Below, in pieces: positions 53,261-63,701 of a DNA stretch of 64,000 bases (position 1 is its first letter; each line of letters opens with the position of its first letter). The stretch is from Pseudomonadota bacterium. GTDB taxonomy: Bacteria > Myxococcota > JACRCW01 > JAFGSX01. Position numbers and translations under genes: made by a program. Where the stretch lies: contig JBDRCO010000042.1 of the NCBI GenBank assembly GCA_043821645.1, positions 1-64,000 on the forward strand, read 5' to 3'. The notes below the pieces were generated by a model. It was not told the DNA's origin. It saw only the letters and a program-made list of their open reading frames with translations, and made no database searches.

Positions 53261-54637
53261 TCAGGTGCCGTTGTCGCCGGTCTCGCTGAGGTTGGTGCGG
53301 TAGATCTGCTTGGTGGCGGCCAGGCGGTACAGCAGCTTGCACGCTTCGAAGGGGCGCATGCGTGCGGTGCTGACGAGGTCGCGCACGGTGCGGCGTCCGT
53401 CCACCAGGGTGAGCAGGCGGCGCTCGTCGCTGGTGAACTGGGACGGGTCGGTCATGCTGCTGGGACGGTGCGCGAACACGGCATCGAAACCGCCCACCTC
53501 GCGCTCGATCACGCTCCACTCATCGACCCGGCGCAGGCCCTCGAGCAGCAGGCCCTGCACGTCGATGTCGACCAGCATGGCGTCGAACTCGGGGGGAGGA
53601 TGGACGCCGGCCAGCAGGCAGCAGCGACCTCCGTGCACGCGCAGGGACTCGTACACCAGCTCGCAGCACTGATCCGCGATGGCCAGCTTGAGATCCTCGG
53701 CGCGGATGTGTCCCAGCCGCACCAGCTTCTCGCCCAGCGGCAGGCCACCGCGGGCGCTCGAGGAGCGCGCCAGCTGCTCCAGCTCGGTCTGCGAGATCAG
53801 GTTGCGGGCCACCAGGAAGCGGCCGATGCGAAAGGCCATGTCCGCGTTCATGGCCTGGGCAGCGCGCACGCGTCCCCGCTTGAGGTAGATGTCGAAGCGC
53901 GTGCGTGGCCCCCAGATCCGGAACAAGCCACCCAGGGACTGCAGCGACACCAGCTGCAGCACCTCGGGCAAACCAACCTTGGACAGATCGGCCCACAGCA
54001 TGGCGCTGCTGGCCGCCACTCCATCCATGGCAGGTGGCAACTGCTGCTGCGCCTCGCGCACGGCGGCGCGGGCGATCTCGGCGCTGTCACCGAGGCCGTG
54101 GCGGACCAGCACGCGCTCCAGCGCCTGGGCCAGGTCCTGGGCCTGATCCTGCTCGGGGCTGCTGCCCTGCGTATCGCTGGACGGGGCCAGCGGTGCTGCG
54201 GTGACGGCCGTATCCGCATCGAGCTCCAGATCCGAGTCGTCGACCTTGGCCTGGCGAACGATGCGCAGCTGCTTTTCGAGGGTATAGGAGACCAGGGCCA
54301 GGATGACCTCGGGGCTGAAGGGTTTGGTCACATAGTCGACCACGCCTGGTGCACTGGCGAAGCGGTCGCCGGTGGGTTCGCCCTTGCTGGTCATCAGGAT
54401 GACCGGGATGTGGGCCATCTGCTCGTCCTGCGCCAGCTGCTGGCAGAACTGATAGCCCGTCATCTGAGGCATCACGAAGTCGAGCAGGATCAGCTCGGGC
54501 TGGTCGAGCTTGGCGCGCGACAGCCCGGCGCGACCGCTGCTGGCGGTGAGCACGCGGTATCCCGCGCCGGCGAGCGTGCTCTCGACGATGCGCAGCACCG
54601 TGGGCGAGTCGTCGACAACCAGGAGGGTGGAGGCCAT
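53261..54637 (-). CDS. Response regulator with DUF4388/PATAN-type output
   Basis: VVDDS..LLDFVMP..KPF receiver; L-x-x-x-x-LPEVLQL, IGRFLV, LLEGLRRVDEW. Confidence 0.88.
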   Translation of the reverse strand: MASTLLVVDDSPTVLRIVESTLAGAGYRVLTASSGRAGLSRAKLDQPELILLDFVMPQMTGYQFCQQLAQDEQMAHIPVILMTSKGEPTGDRFASAPGVVDYVTKPFSPEVILALVSYTLEKQLRIVRQAKVDDSDLELDADTAVTAAPLAPSSDTQGSSPEQDQAQDLAQALERVLVRHGLGDSAEIARAAVREAQQQLPPAMDGVAASSAMLWADLSKVGLPEVLQLVSLQSLGGLFRIWGPRTRFDIYLKRGRVRAAQAMNADMAFRIGRFLVARNLISQTELEQLARSSSARGGLPLGEKLVRLGHIRAEDLKLAIADQCCELVYESLRVHGGRCCLLAGVHPPPEFDAMLVDIDVQGLLLEGLRRVDEWSVIEREVGGFDAVFAHRPSSMTDPSQFTSDERRLLTLVDGRRTVRDLVSTARMRPFEACKLLYRLAATKQIYRTNLSETGDNGT

Positions 54638-54841
54638 GGGGGCACACTGTGGCCAAGTGAAGCCACGACGTCAACAGTCTCGCCGCTACCAGACGCGGTC
54701 TGGGCCCGAGCATCCCGGTCCTGCTGCGGGAGCGCGCGGACCGGCTCGCATTCAGCGCAGGCGGGTCGCGCGGCCTTCAAGAGCGTTCACGGGCATCTGG
54801 CAACGGGGATGGGAACCAGGGCACACAAAGGGCCAGCGTCC

Positions 54842-55486
54842 TCACTGGGTCTTCACGAGCAGATCCAGCTCCTTGCCGCCGCGGAGTATGAGCACGTGAA
54901 CCTCGGGCATGTTCGAGGCCTGCTTCTCGAGCTGGGTCAGCGACGTCATGTCCGTGACGCTCTGACCTGCGATCTTGAGCACGGTATCTCCTGGCTGCAG
55001 GCCAATGGTGGCAAAGAACCCGTCGTCGGGAATGGTGTCGAGCTTGATGCCCCGGTTGTTCTTGGTCACCTCCATCACCTGCACGGGCTGCACGGCCGGC
55101 GCGGTGCGGGGCTTGCTTCCCACCGTGATCACCAGCTTGTCGCTGCCCCCCAGCACCTCGGCGATGATGGCCGGGTTGTCGCGCACCGCCAGCTCGTAGC
55201 CATTGATGGCCAGCATCACGTCGCCAGGCCGCAGGCCGATGCGGGCCAGCAGGTCTCCGCGGGTCAGGCTGGCGATCTTCCAGCCGAAGCGCACGCGATC
55301 TCGTAGCGCAGGGACCACCTGCAACGGCGTGCTCAGCGACGAGGAGACCGAGGTCTGCGCGCAGCCCTCGACCCGCTCGCCGGTGTCGGTGTCAATGACC
55401 TCGTAGCTGCGACAGGTCTCGGCGGCGGCCGGCACAGAGAAAAAAACCGCGCAGAGCATGAGAGCTCGAGTGGTCGTTCGTGTCAT
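54842..55486 (-). CDS. Secreted tandem PDZ-domain protein
   Basis: Signal peptide; two IGL-x-PGD-x-x-L-x-I-x-G units. Confidence 0.8.
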   Translation of the reverse strand: MTRTTTRALMLCAVFFSVPAAAETCRSYEVIDTDTGERVEGCAQTSVSSSLSTPLQVVPALRDRVRFGWKIASLTRGDLLARIGLRPGDVMLAINGYELAVRDNPAIIAEVLGGSDKLVITVGSKPRTAPAVQPVQVMEVTKNNRGIKLDTIPDDGFFATIGLQPGDTVLKIAGQSVTDMTSLTQLEKQASNMPEVHVLILRGGKELDLLVKTQ

Positions 55487-55750
55487 CGAGGTCCTCCTGC
55501 AGGCAACATGTGGACGCGAGACAGGCGTCTGTGTTCACCAGGTCCGCGCACCGCGGTCATCATCGCCGCCCGGGCGCGGTCGATCAACCGTCAGTGCAGG
55601 AACCGGACAAGGGACATGCGCGTCGGGTGGCCGCGGCTTCCCTGCGGCGCGGGATTTCAAGATATGTTTAACGAGCTCAGGGGATTGAATGCAGGAGCGG
55701 ATCCGTCGTCCAAGCCCCGAGGGCGTGCGATAGAGCGCGGAGGAGATGTC

Positions 55751-56785
55751 ATGAAGAGCACAGGACTCGATCGAGGGCGCGTGGCCGGGCTGTTGCTGGT
55801 GGGGGTGATGGCCGTGCAGGCCGCGGGCTGTCTGGTGGTCTCCAACCGACCCACCAAGGGCGACCTCGCCCTGCTGTGGTCCTTCGAGGGGCAGACCAGC
55901 TGCGCCTACGCGGCAGTGGATGAGATCGTCGTGTCCATCCGCGGGCAGGGCAACAGTGAGAACTTCGAGGTGGTGATGCCCTGCGCCGAGGGAGGGGGTA
56001 CCTTTACCGGATTCCTGCAGGGCAGCTACACCGTACACCTCGAGGGCATCGCCTTCGATGGCGCGGTGCTCTACGCGGCCACCTTGAACGCCATGGTCGA
56101 GGGCGGCCACACCACAGATCTCGGTCTGGTGGACCTTTACAGTACCCTCCCCGTGCCCACCACCGGCTCGCTGTCTGTGGACTGGGCTTTCTTGTACCCG
56201 GCGGGGTCGCCCACCCTGGACTGTGCCTATGCGGGGGTCGACTACGTCGAGGTGGCCCTGGTCGATGGCTACAATCGCACCGTGTTCGACCAGAGCGTGC
56301 GCTGTCTCGACGGCCCCGCGATCATCGACCAGATCGAGGACGGTGTGTACACGATCTACCTCAGCGGCCTGGGCAGCTGGCGCGGACGCAGCGTGGCGCT
56401 GTACGAGGCCGCACCGTTCGCGGTCGACGTGTTCGCAGGGCAGCTCACCGTCGTGGGCGTGGTGGACCTGCCTCGCATCGACAGCCAGTTTGGCGACGTC
56501 GATATCGGCTGGACCTTCGCGGGCAACAACAGCTGCAGTGCCGCGGGTGTCCGCGACATCACGATCCGCATCTACCGCCTGGCACCGGACATCCTGGACG
56601 ACGAGTTCTCGGTGGCTTGCCAGGATGAGCCGCAGCTGCGCACCACCTTCGTGCCCAGCGACTACGGCATCGAGATCGATGGCCTGGACTCTGCCGGCCA
56701 TGTGATCTGGGGTGGCTATCTCGAGTACGCCCTGGCGCCAGGGGGCTACGTCGACGTCACGGTGCAGACCCAGCCCGTGAACTGA
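55751..56785 (+). CDS. Lipoprotein built from three tandem beta-rich repeats
   Basis: AGGAG RBS; lipobox AAGC; three G-x-L-x-x-x-W-x-F..C..A[AG]V units. Confidence 0.8.
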   Translation: MKSTGLDRGRVAGLLLVGVMAVQAAGCLVVSNRPTKGDLALLWSFEGQTSCAYAAVDEIVVSIRGQGNSENFEVVMPCAEGGGTFTGFLQGSYTVHLEGIAFDGAVLYAATLNAMVEGGHTTDLGLVDLYSTLPVPTTGSLSVDWAFLYPAGSPTLDCAYAGVDYVEVALVDGYNRTVFDQSVRCLDGPAIIDQIEDGVYTIYLSGLGSWRGRSVALYEAAPFAVDVFAGQLTVVGVVDLPRIDSQFGDVDIGWTFAGNNSCSAAGVRDITIRIYRLAPDILDDEFSVACQDEPQLRTTFVPSDYGIEIDGLDSAGHVIWGGYLEYALAPGGYVDVTVQTQPVN

Positions 56786-56932
56786 TCCCCGGACGCGGCC
56801 GGCCCGGACCGCGATGCCTCTGCGGTGTGCGTGGTGTGTCTGTGCCGTCGAGACCTTTGTTGCCGCAGCGCTTCGGGATAGGCTGACGGTCGTTCAGCTC
56901 TCGAGGTGCCCGTGGGTCGTCTGCGCCCCTCC

Positions 56933-58399
56933 ATGCGCATCGCCACCCGCCTGGTGGTGGCCTTTGCCCTGCCCACAGCCCTGGTGGTCACGGTCACGGG
57001 TGTGTTCGCTGTCCTCAGCGCGCGCGAGGCCTTTCAGGAGCAGTACCGGCGTCGCCTCGAGGTCCTGGCCACCACCCTGGGCGCCCAGATCGACGCGGAC
57101 CGCGTGCTCTCTTTGCTCCCTGGCGACGAGGCGCAGCGCTGGTACCTGGACCTGGCCGCCGAGCTGGAGCGGCAGCGCCGGGCCGCGGACCTGGGCGGAT
57201 TGGTGCTGCTGAGCGGGGGCGGCCTGGTCTACATCGACGCCGATCGCCGCTATGTCATCGAGCAGCGCTGGCCGCACTGGGACAGCGACCAGGACGTCGT
57301 GGCGCGTGCTCTGACTGGTGATGCGGGGGCCTGGGTCGAGGACACGCGCGCCACGCCCGCGGTGTATCGCGCCTACCGGCGGCTGGAGGTGCCGGGCCTC
57401 GAAGGTGCCAGCGGTGCCAGCGACGAGATCTTGCTGCTCGCCGTGGAGTCCAGCCTGCACTATCGCGCGACCATCCGCGCCTACGTCCGCACCCTGTTGC
57501 CGGTGGGCCTGCTGTCCTTGCTGGCGGTGGGACTGATCGCGGTGGTGGTGGCGCGCGGCATCACCCGACCGGTGCACCGGCTGGTCGAGGAGGCCCGGCG
57601 CATCGGCGGCGGTGATCTGGAGGCGCCGGTCACCAGCACCGGAGATGACGAGATCGGCTTCCTTGGCCGCACCCTCGACGAGATGCGCGGGGCCTTGCAG
57701 CGGCGCGACCGTGAACGCCAGGCCATGCTGGCGAGCATCGCCCACGAGGTGCGCAACCCCCTCGGCGGCATGGAGCTCTTCCTGGGCCTGCTGCGCGAGG
57801 GTCTCGATGAGCCCGTGGCCGACGACGAGACCCTGGCCGAGCTGCGCGGCTACTCGGATCGTGTGCGGCGCGAGATGGACTACCTCAAGGGGGTGGTCAA
57901 CGACTTCTTGGCCTTTGCCCGGGAGATGCCCCTGAGCCGGCGCGAGGTCGAGCTGCGCCCGCTTCTCGATGAGGTGCGGGACGTGATCGAGGGCGACGCC
58001 CGGAGCCGCGGGGTCCGCTTCGAGCTGGTGTGCGACGACGGACTGCGGGCAGCCCTGGACCCGGGTGCCATTCACCGGGCCCTGCTCAACCTGGTGCAGA
58101 ACGCACTGCAGGCGACACCGGCGGATGGTAGGGTGCGGTTGTGTGGCGAGGCTCTCGACGACGGGGGCGTGCGAATCGCGGTCGAGGACACGGGCAGTGG
58201 CATCCCCGCCGACAAGCTGCCCGATGTGCGGACGCCTTTCTTCACCACCAAGGAGAAGGGCACCGGCCTGGGCCTGGCCATCGTGGACAAGATCGCCCGC
58301 GCCCACGGCGGCCGCCTGCAGATTCGCAGCGAGCCTGGTGTGGGCACCACGGTGGCGCTCGAGCTGCCCCGGGGCGAGGTGCTCGAGATGATCGGCTGA
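56933..58399 (+). CDS. Membrane sensor histidine kinase (HAMP)
   Basis: Two TM helices, HAMP, AHEVRNPL, NLVQNA, DTGSGI, FFTTK..GTGLGL. Confidence 0.95.
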   Translation: MRIATRLVVAFALPTALVVTVTGVFAVLSAREAFQEQYRRRLEVLATTLGAQIDADRVLSLLPGDEAQRWYLDLAAELERQRRAADLGGLVLLSGGGLVYIDADRRYVIEQRWPHWDSDQDVVARALTGDAGAWVEDTRATPAVYRAYRRLEVPGLEGASGASDEILLLAVESSLHYRATIRAYVRTLLPVGLLSLLAVGLIAVVVARGITRPVHRLVEEARRIGGGDLEAPVTSTGDDEIGFLGRTLDEMRGALQRRDRERQAMLASIAHEVRNPLGGMELFLGLLREGLDEPVADDETLAELRGYSDRVRREMDYLKGVVNDFLAFAREMPLSRREVELRPLLDEVRDVIEGDARSRGVRFELVCDDGLRAALDPGAIHRALLNLVQNALQATPADGRVRLCGEALDDGGVRIAVEDTGSGIPADKLPDVRTPFFTTKEKGTGLGLAIVDKIARAHGGRLQIRSEPGVGTTVALELPRGEVLEMIG

Positions 58400-58425
58400 A
58401 GATCTGTCGACCCAGCGACAGGTCT

Positions 58426-58494
58426 TCAGGTGCTGCCAGGGGTGAAGTCGGAGGGATTCACTCCCGCCGACGAGGGGCAGGCCGACCGCCCCTG
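58426..58494 (+). repeat. Dispersed structured intergenic element, copy B
   Basis: 64 of 69 positions identical to the reverse complement of 34181-34248; preceded by a hairpin at about 58397-58428. Confidence 0.85.
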
Positions 58495-58553
58495 AGAAAG
58501 AAGAATCAAGAGCTGGTGATTTATCGACAGCTCTTGAGAGCGAGGTGGTCTCC

Positions 58554-59969
58554 ATGACGGGAATCCTGATCATCGATGACAACGAAACCGTGCGCGAGGG
58601 CGTGGCCGCCATCTCTCGCAAGCTCAAGCACAAGGTCTACACCGCGGCATCGGGTGGCGAGGGGGTGGGCCTGTTCAAGCGCCACCAGCCAGACTTCGTG
58701 ATCACCGATCTCAAGATGGAGGGCGTGGGCGGCATCGAGGTGCTGCAGCAGATCCGCGACCAGGATCCGGACGCGGTGGTGATGATCATGACCGGCTACG
58801 GCACGGTGGAAGCGGCGGTCGAGGCCATGAAGCGGGGTGCCTTCGACTTTATCCAGAAACCCTTCCCACCCGAGGTGGTGCGGCTCAAGATCGAAGCGGC
58901 GCTCAGTCTGCGCCTGGCCCGGCGCGAGCGGGAACGCATGCAGCAGGCCGCCGAGACCTTTTCGCGGGATCTCGCGGCGCCCTTTTCTCCCGAGGGCATC
59001 GTGGGCAGCTCCGAGGTCATGAAGGAGGTGCTGCGCATCGTCGAGAAGGTGGCCAGGGCCGACACCACGGTGTTCATCCGCGGCGACAGTGGCACGGGCA
59101 AGGAGCTCATTGCCCGGGCGATTCACGACGGGAGCGAGCGTCGCGCGCGCCCCTTCGTCACGGTGAGCTGTGCCGCCCTGGCCGAGAGCCTGCTCGAGAG
59201 CGAGCTGTTTGGCCACGAGAAGGGCTCCTTCACCGGTGCGGTCAAGCGCAAGCTGGGGCGCTTCGAGCTCGCCGACGGCGGGACCCTGTTCCTCGACGAG
59301 ATCGGGGACGTGCCCATGAGCGTGCAGACCAAGCTGCTGCGGGTGCTGCAGGAGCGCACTTTCGAGCGCGTCGGCGGCGAGGAACCGGTGCACGTCGACG
59401 TGCGCGTGATCTCCGCCACCCATCGCGACATTGGCGAGATGGTGCGCCAGGGGAGCTTTCGCGAGGACCTGTACTACCGCTTGCACATCGTACCCATCGA
59501 GCTGCCGCCGCTGCGCGATCGCCCCAGCGACCTCGAGACCCTGGCGCGGCACTTCGTCGCCAAGCTGGGGCCGCGCACCAATCCCCTGGTCAAGGACATC
59601 GCGCCCGAGGCCGTGGTGGCGTTGCGCGCCTACCGCTGGCCGGGCAACGTGCGTGAGCTCGAGAACGCCATCGAACAGAGCCTGGTCTTTGCCGAGGGTC
59701 AGGTGCTGCAGGCGCACGACCTGCCAGCCTTTCTCACCGGTGTGCACCGGCCTTCGCCGGCGTCGGCACCACTGGCCCAGCTCGACGACGACGACCGGCC
59801 CCTCGACGAGATCCTCGAGACCCTCGAGAAGAGTCTGATCCTGCGCGCTTTCAAGAAGGCGCGCGGGGTCAAGACCGAGACCGCCCGCCTGCTCGGTATC
59901 AAGACCAGCGCCCTGTATTACAAGCTCGACAAGTACAGCATCGGTGAGGCCGACGGCCACGAGGCCTGA
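58554..59969 (+). CDS. Sigma54-dependent NtrC-family response regulator
   Basis: Receiver domain, [36 protein letters not shown], Fis-type HTH. Confidence 0.95.
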   Translation: MTGILIIDDNETVREGVAAISRKLKHKVYTAASGGEGVGLFKRHQPDFVITDLKMEGVGGIEVLQQIRDQDPDAVVMIMTGYGTVEAAVEAMKRGAFDFIQKPFPPEVVRLKIEAALSLRLARRERERMQQAAETFSRDLAAPFSPEGIVGSSEVMKEVLRIVEKVARADTTVFIRGDSGTGKELIARAIHDGSERRARPFVTVSCAALAESLLESELFGHEKGSFTGAVKRKLGRFELADGGTLFLDEIGDVPMSVQTKLLRVLQERTFERVGGEEPVHVDVRVISATHRDIGEMVRQGSFREDLYYRLHIVPIELPPLRDRPSDLETLARHFVAKLGPRTNPLVKDIAPEAVVALRAYRWPGNVRELENAIEQSLVFAEGQVLQAHDLPAFLTGVHRPSPASAPLAQLDDDDRPLDEILETLEKSLILRAFKKARGVKTETARLLGIKTSALYYKLDKYSIGEADGHEA

Positions 59970-60080
59970 GCACCAGGTTGCGTGTTCTCACCCACCGCCT
60001 CTCTGGCAGTGCTGGCTTATAATATTAGGTATTTGATAGGATATAATCCTGGGGACCTCGTGATCCGGGAGGGATCGAAC

Positions 60081-60323
60081 ATGAGGAATTTCTTTCTCGC
60101 CGCGAGCCTCGTGGTGGCGTCGGCCGCTGGCCTGGCCCTGGCCATGGGTACGTTTTCCTCCGAGGGGGTGTGCTCCATCGAGTGCCGGGGGGCACGGCCC
60201 CAGGGCGAGTGGTCCAACACCTATGGTCCCGCCGAGGGGGTGACGCGCTCGGCCTGCGAGCAACAGGCGCGCGATGCCCAGGTCGAGGGTGTGCAGTGCA
60301 CGGCGAGCTTCGTGGCGCGCTGA
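60081..60323 (+). CDS. Small secreted 4-Cys protein
   Basis: GGAGG RBS, signal peptide, 80 aa; AT-rich upstream region with TATAAT at 60018 and 60042. Confidence 0.65.
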   Translation: MRNFFLAASLVVASAAGLALAMGTFSSEGVCSIECRGARPQGEWSNTYGPAEGVTRSACEQQARDAQVEGVQCTASFVAR

Positions 60324-60360
60324 ACCGTCGAGGTCGTCTCGGACTGCTGGGTCCAGCTGT

Positions 60361-61392
60361 CTACACAGCGTCGATGGCTGGCTCTGGCGGCAGCGTGACC
60401 GCTTCGTCGATGGCGGTGCCCACCAGGGTGCCCGCCAGCCTGTCGTGCAGGGTCCGATGCTTCGTGTCGACCAGGATCAAACTCCATCCCACACCGAGCA
60501 GGAGCAGACCCAGGGCCGCGACCAGGGCGCGGAACAGCGCCGTTGCTGCGCCGAGCTCACGCCCGCGGGTGGACAGCACGTAACAGCGCATGAGCACGAG
60601 CCCCGGTGTCTGTCCGAGCAGGGTCACGAACACGGTCTGGTACAGAACCATCAGGATGAGCAGCACCACGCCCGCGGGCAGGGTCGCGTCCTTGTAAACC
60701 AGGGTGGCGTCGATGAGCCGATCGAAGCCCGTGCCCCGGGCGGGACCGATGGTGTCTGGCAAGCGCTGCAGGGCCACGGCGAGATAGATCGCTGTCAGCA
60801 AGGCCACGGCCACCAGGTCGAGTACCGCAGCCAGGGCGCGGCGCCAGGTCCTGGCGAGCTGGACCTGACGATGGATGGACACGATCGGTTGTGCGACCTC
60901 GTCCTCGAGGGGAGCGCCAGCGCTATCGGATGCTGCCTCATCCGGCAACAGCGGGTCGCGGTAAGCTTGCACAGGTACCGTGGCGTCGTCATGCAACGGC
61001 GGCAGGAGATCCACCGGGGTGGGTGGCAGGGTCGGGATGGTGGAGTCCGCAGGTTCGATCGGGCCTGGCACCGCGACGGGTGCTGACCGGGGAGACGCAA
61101 CAGGGGCTGCCGCGACGGGGGCGGCGGCGGCAGTGGAAGCTGCGGGTGCTAGCCGGGTCGCGCGCGCCACCGGCTGCGGCCTCGGTCGCGACGGTGGTGC
61201 CGGTGGACGGTCAAGCGGCTGACGCTGTTCTGGCGACACCAGCATGCGCGGTGGCGTCGAGGGATTGAAGTCCGCAGGGCGAGGCGGCGCCGGTGACAGC
61301 TTGCCCTGATTGACCGCGTGAAGCGGCGAGGAACAGCGCTGGCAGGTCAGCGCCCCATCCGGATTGTCGTGCTGGCAGTGCGCGCATCGCAT
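60361..61392 (-). CDS. Zinc-ribbon / Pro-rich / RDD-family membrane protein
   Basis: MRCAHC..CQRC; RRALAAVLD, GQTPG, LHDRLAGT. Confidence 0.85.
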   Translation of the reverse strand: MRCAHCQHDNPDGALTCQRCSSPLHAVNQGKLSPAPPRPADFNPSTPPRMLVSPEQRQPLDRPPAPPSRPRPQPVARATRLAPAASTAAAAPVAAAPVASPRSAPVAVPGPIEPADSTIPTLPPTPVDLLPPLHDDATVPVQAYRDPLLPDEAASDSAGAPLEDEVAQPIVSIHRQVQLARTWRRALAAVLDLVAVALLTAIYLAVALQRLPDTIGPARGTGFDRLIDATLVYKDATLPAGVVLLILMVLYQTVFVTLLGQTPGLVLMRCYVLSTRGRELGAATALFRALVAALGLLLLGVGWSLILVDTKHRTLHDRLAGTLVGTAIDEAVTLPPEPAIDAV

Positions 61393-61396
61393 GGCT

Positions 61397-63659
61397 TCAC
61401 TTCTTACCGCGCGGGGGCGCGGGCGAAAAGGGCCGTGCGCGGCTGGCGGATCGTGGACCGTAGGCCTGGTCCAGGATGGCGTCGGCTCCCAGGCCAGTTT
61501 TCTTGGCCGCCTCGACGTCGAGGCCCTGGCCATGGCCCTCGCCGTGGCCTGACAGCTCCACCTGCGACCCCTGGCGCGCCACCTTGTCTGGACAGGAGGG
61601 CAGGCGCAAGCGACTGCGTAGAACCTCGCAGGGCAGGCTGGCAACCTCGTCGTAGGTCAGATCGCCCCGGCTCACGCTGCGCAGGTAGGTGGCCCTGTCT
61701 TCCTCGACACGCAGGTTTTGCCACCCGCTTCCCAGCAGCTCGTCGAATTCGGCCGTGGTCCGGCGCTGCGACCAGGGTTCCTGTCCACCGCGCGAGAACG
61801 CAAGCCAGCCCGGGTAGGGCAAGGGCGACAGCGCACGTGCTGTGTCCTGCCACAAGGGGGTGCTCTGAAACACCTGGCAGTGCGTGGTGTCACACGGAGG
61901 CCGCCCGTCGTGGCGCGTGCGATCGCGGGCGTTGTGGGCGATGACGCGGCCCAGCGCGATCCTGGGCTCGCCCCGGATCCCGTCATCCTCCGCACGCAGC
62001 ACGCCAGCGGTGTAGCGGCCCAGGGTGGTGGTGAAAACGAAGCTGGAACCCTGCCTCGCCAGCTGCTGGCGCCGGCTCACCCGCTCGCCGGCCGGTGGCC
62101 GGTACCGCGGGGGCGGGGACAGCCGGAACACCCCGGCGTAATTTCTGTGGTCTGGCGCGATGTCCGGAAATCGGACCTGCCAGGGTGCCCCGAGGCACAG
62201 TGCCGGGGCTCCATCCGCGGCCGCCAGCAAGGGCCCGAACCGCCGATCGAGGAGCACCGGGCCACTGGCATGGGCGCTGACCGCCACACCCTCGCACTGT
62301 GCTTCGACGTGCTCGGGTGGAATCAGCCCCAGGACCTGTACCTCGGTGGCGGCGAGGTCCAGACGCCGTCGGAGCGTGCGCAGGGGTTCGACCAGTTGAT
62401 CCGCGAACTGCCGGGGCGATCTCTCCCGCCGCACCAGCACCAGCACCAGCTCGCGGTCGACCGCCACGATCCAGCCCACGCGCGGTCGCGAGGCATCGTC
62501 GCGCACGGTGCCAGTCTTGAGCGCCACGTCGCGCAGGGCGGCCGATACCGGAAGTTCGGACAGGGTGCCCCGCGCTGCGTTCTGGCGCATCACGTCGATG
62601 AGATCGGGTCGAGCCAGGGCGAGGGTCCGATACAGCTGGGCCACTGCGAGGGGCGACAGGCTCAGAGCGGGCTTGATGCCAATGGCCTCGGCCATGTCCT
62701 CGGGCAGGCGCGGGAGGCCCAGTGCCAGGGTCAGCGGGCCCCAGGCTCCGAGACGGGGGACCGCGGGATCCTGCTGCGCCCAGTCGAGGAAGTAGCCGTT
62801 GCAGGAGCGCAGGATGGCGGTGGCCGCGTCCATGAGCTCGGGCAGTTCGTCGCCACAGATCCATTCGGGTCGGTCGCGCCGTGGCGGTAGCGTCGGAGGG
62901 GTGGTGGCTCCGGCCACCACGAAGGGTTTGAGCACCGACCCGTAGGGCATGGCCAGGCCGGCTGCTCCGTCGCTGCGCAGGACCTCGCCGCTGTGCAGGG
63001 CGAGCGCCACCAGCGCATCCGCGACCTCGCCATAGCTGGCGCCGATCAGGGGCGTCGACGCTCAGGGGCTGCCAGCGCTGGTCCTCGGCGCAGCGCCGTA
63101 GGCCTTGCCTCAGCACCTCGGGGAGACCGTCGCGGGCTGGCAGGTTGGCGATGAGGCGAGCCAGCGCCTGGCGGGCCTCGGGACCGTCGAGGCTGCGCGC
63201 GGTCTCCAGGCGTCGTCGCGCCTCCGGCAGGGACAGGTAGCCCTGGCTGTTCCAGCTCTCGAGTTCGCCGCTGGTGGCAATGGCCAGGGTCTCGTGAAAC
63301 AGCCTGTCGCCGGCGGAGACCGGGCAGGCCTGCCACAAGAACTGGTGCACCACCTCGTGGCGGAGGGCCAGCATCGTGCGCTGCGCTGCGCCATCACCCT
63401 GGAGCTTACGCAGGGCCACGCGCCCCGGATGCCCCACCGCAGCCTGAGCCGGCGAGAGGCTCGTGGTCTGAACCACCTGCAAGGTTCCGCGAGCCGCCGG
63501 CGCCGATCGTTCCGTGGCATCGAGATACAGCTGATCCAGCGCCTGCCACTGGGAGCGCACGATGTCCTGCACCTGCGCCGCGTCGTCGAGTCCTGGCCCC
63601 ACCTGCACGATGGGCGGAGAGGCTAGCAGGAGGGAAAAAAGAACGCTGTAACCCACCAT
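61397..63659 (-). pseudogene. SpoIID/YfaQ(DUF2300)-like secreted protein split by a +1 frameshift (real or sequencing error)
   Basis: The N-terminal ORF from 63659 (signal peptide, HEVVH) joins the C-terminal ORF (GSVLKPF, SCN, KTGT, CDTTHCQVF, GHGEGHGQGL) if one G is removed from GGGG at 63049-63052. Confidence 0.75.
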
Positions 63660-63701
63660 TCACGCCTCGAGGTCACCCAGACAGCAGCCCAGCCGCCGAG
63701 G

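Noticed and set aside
58396-58430. Hammerhead ribozyme suggested by CTGAAGA plus a stem
   Set aside because: No GAAA follows the stem, so the catalytic core is incomplete.
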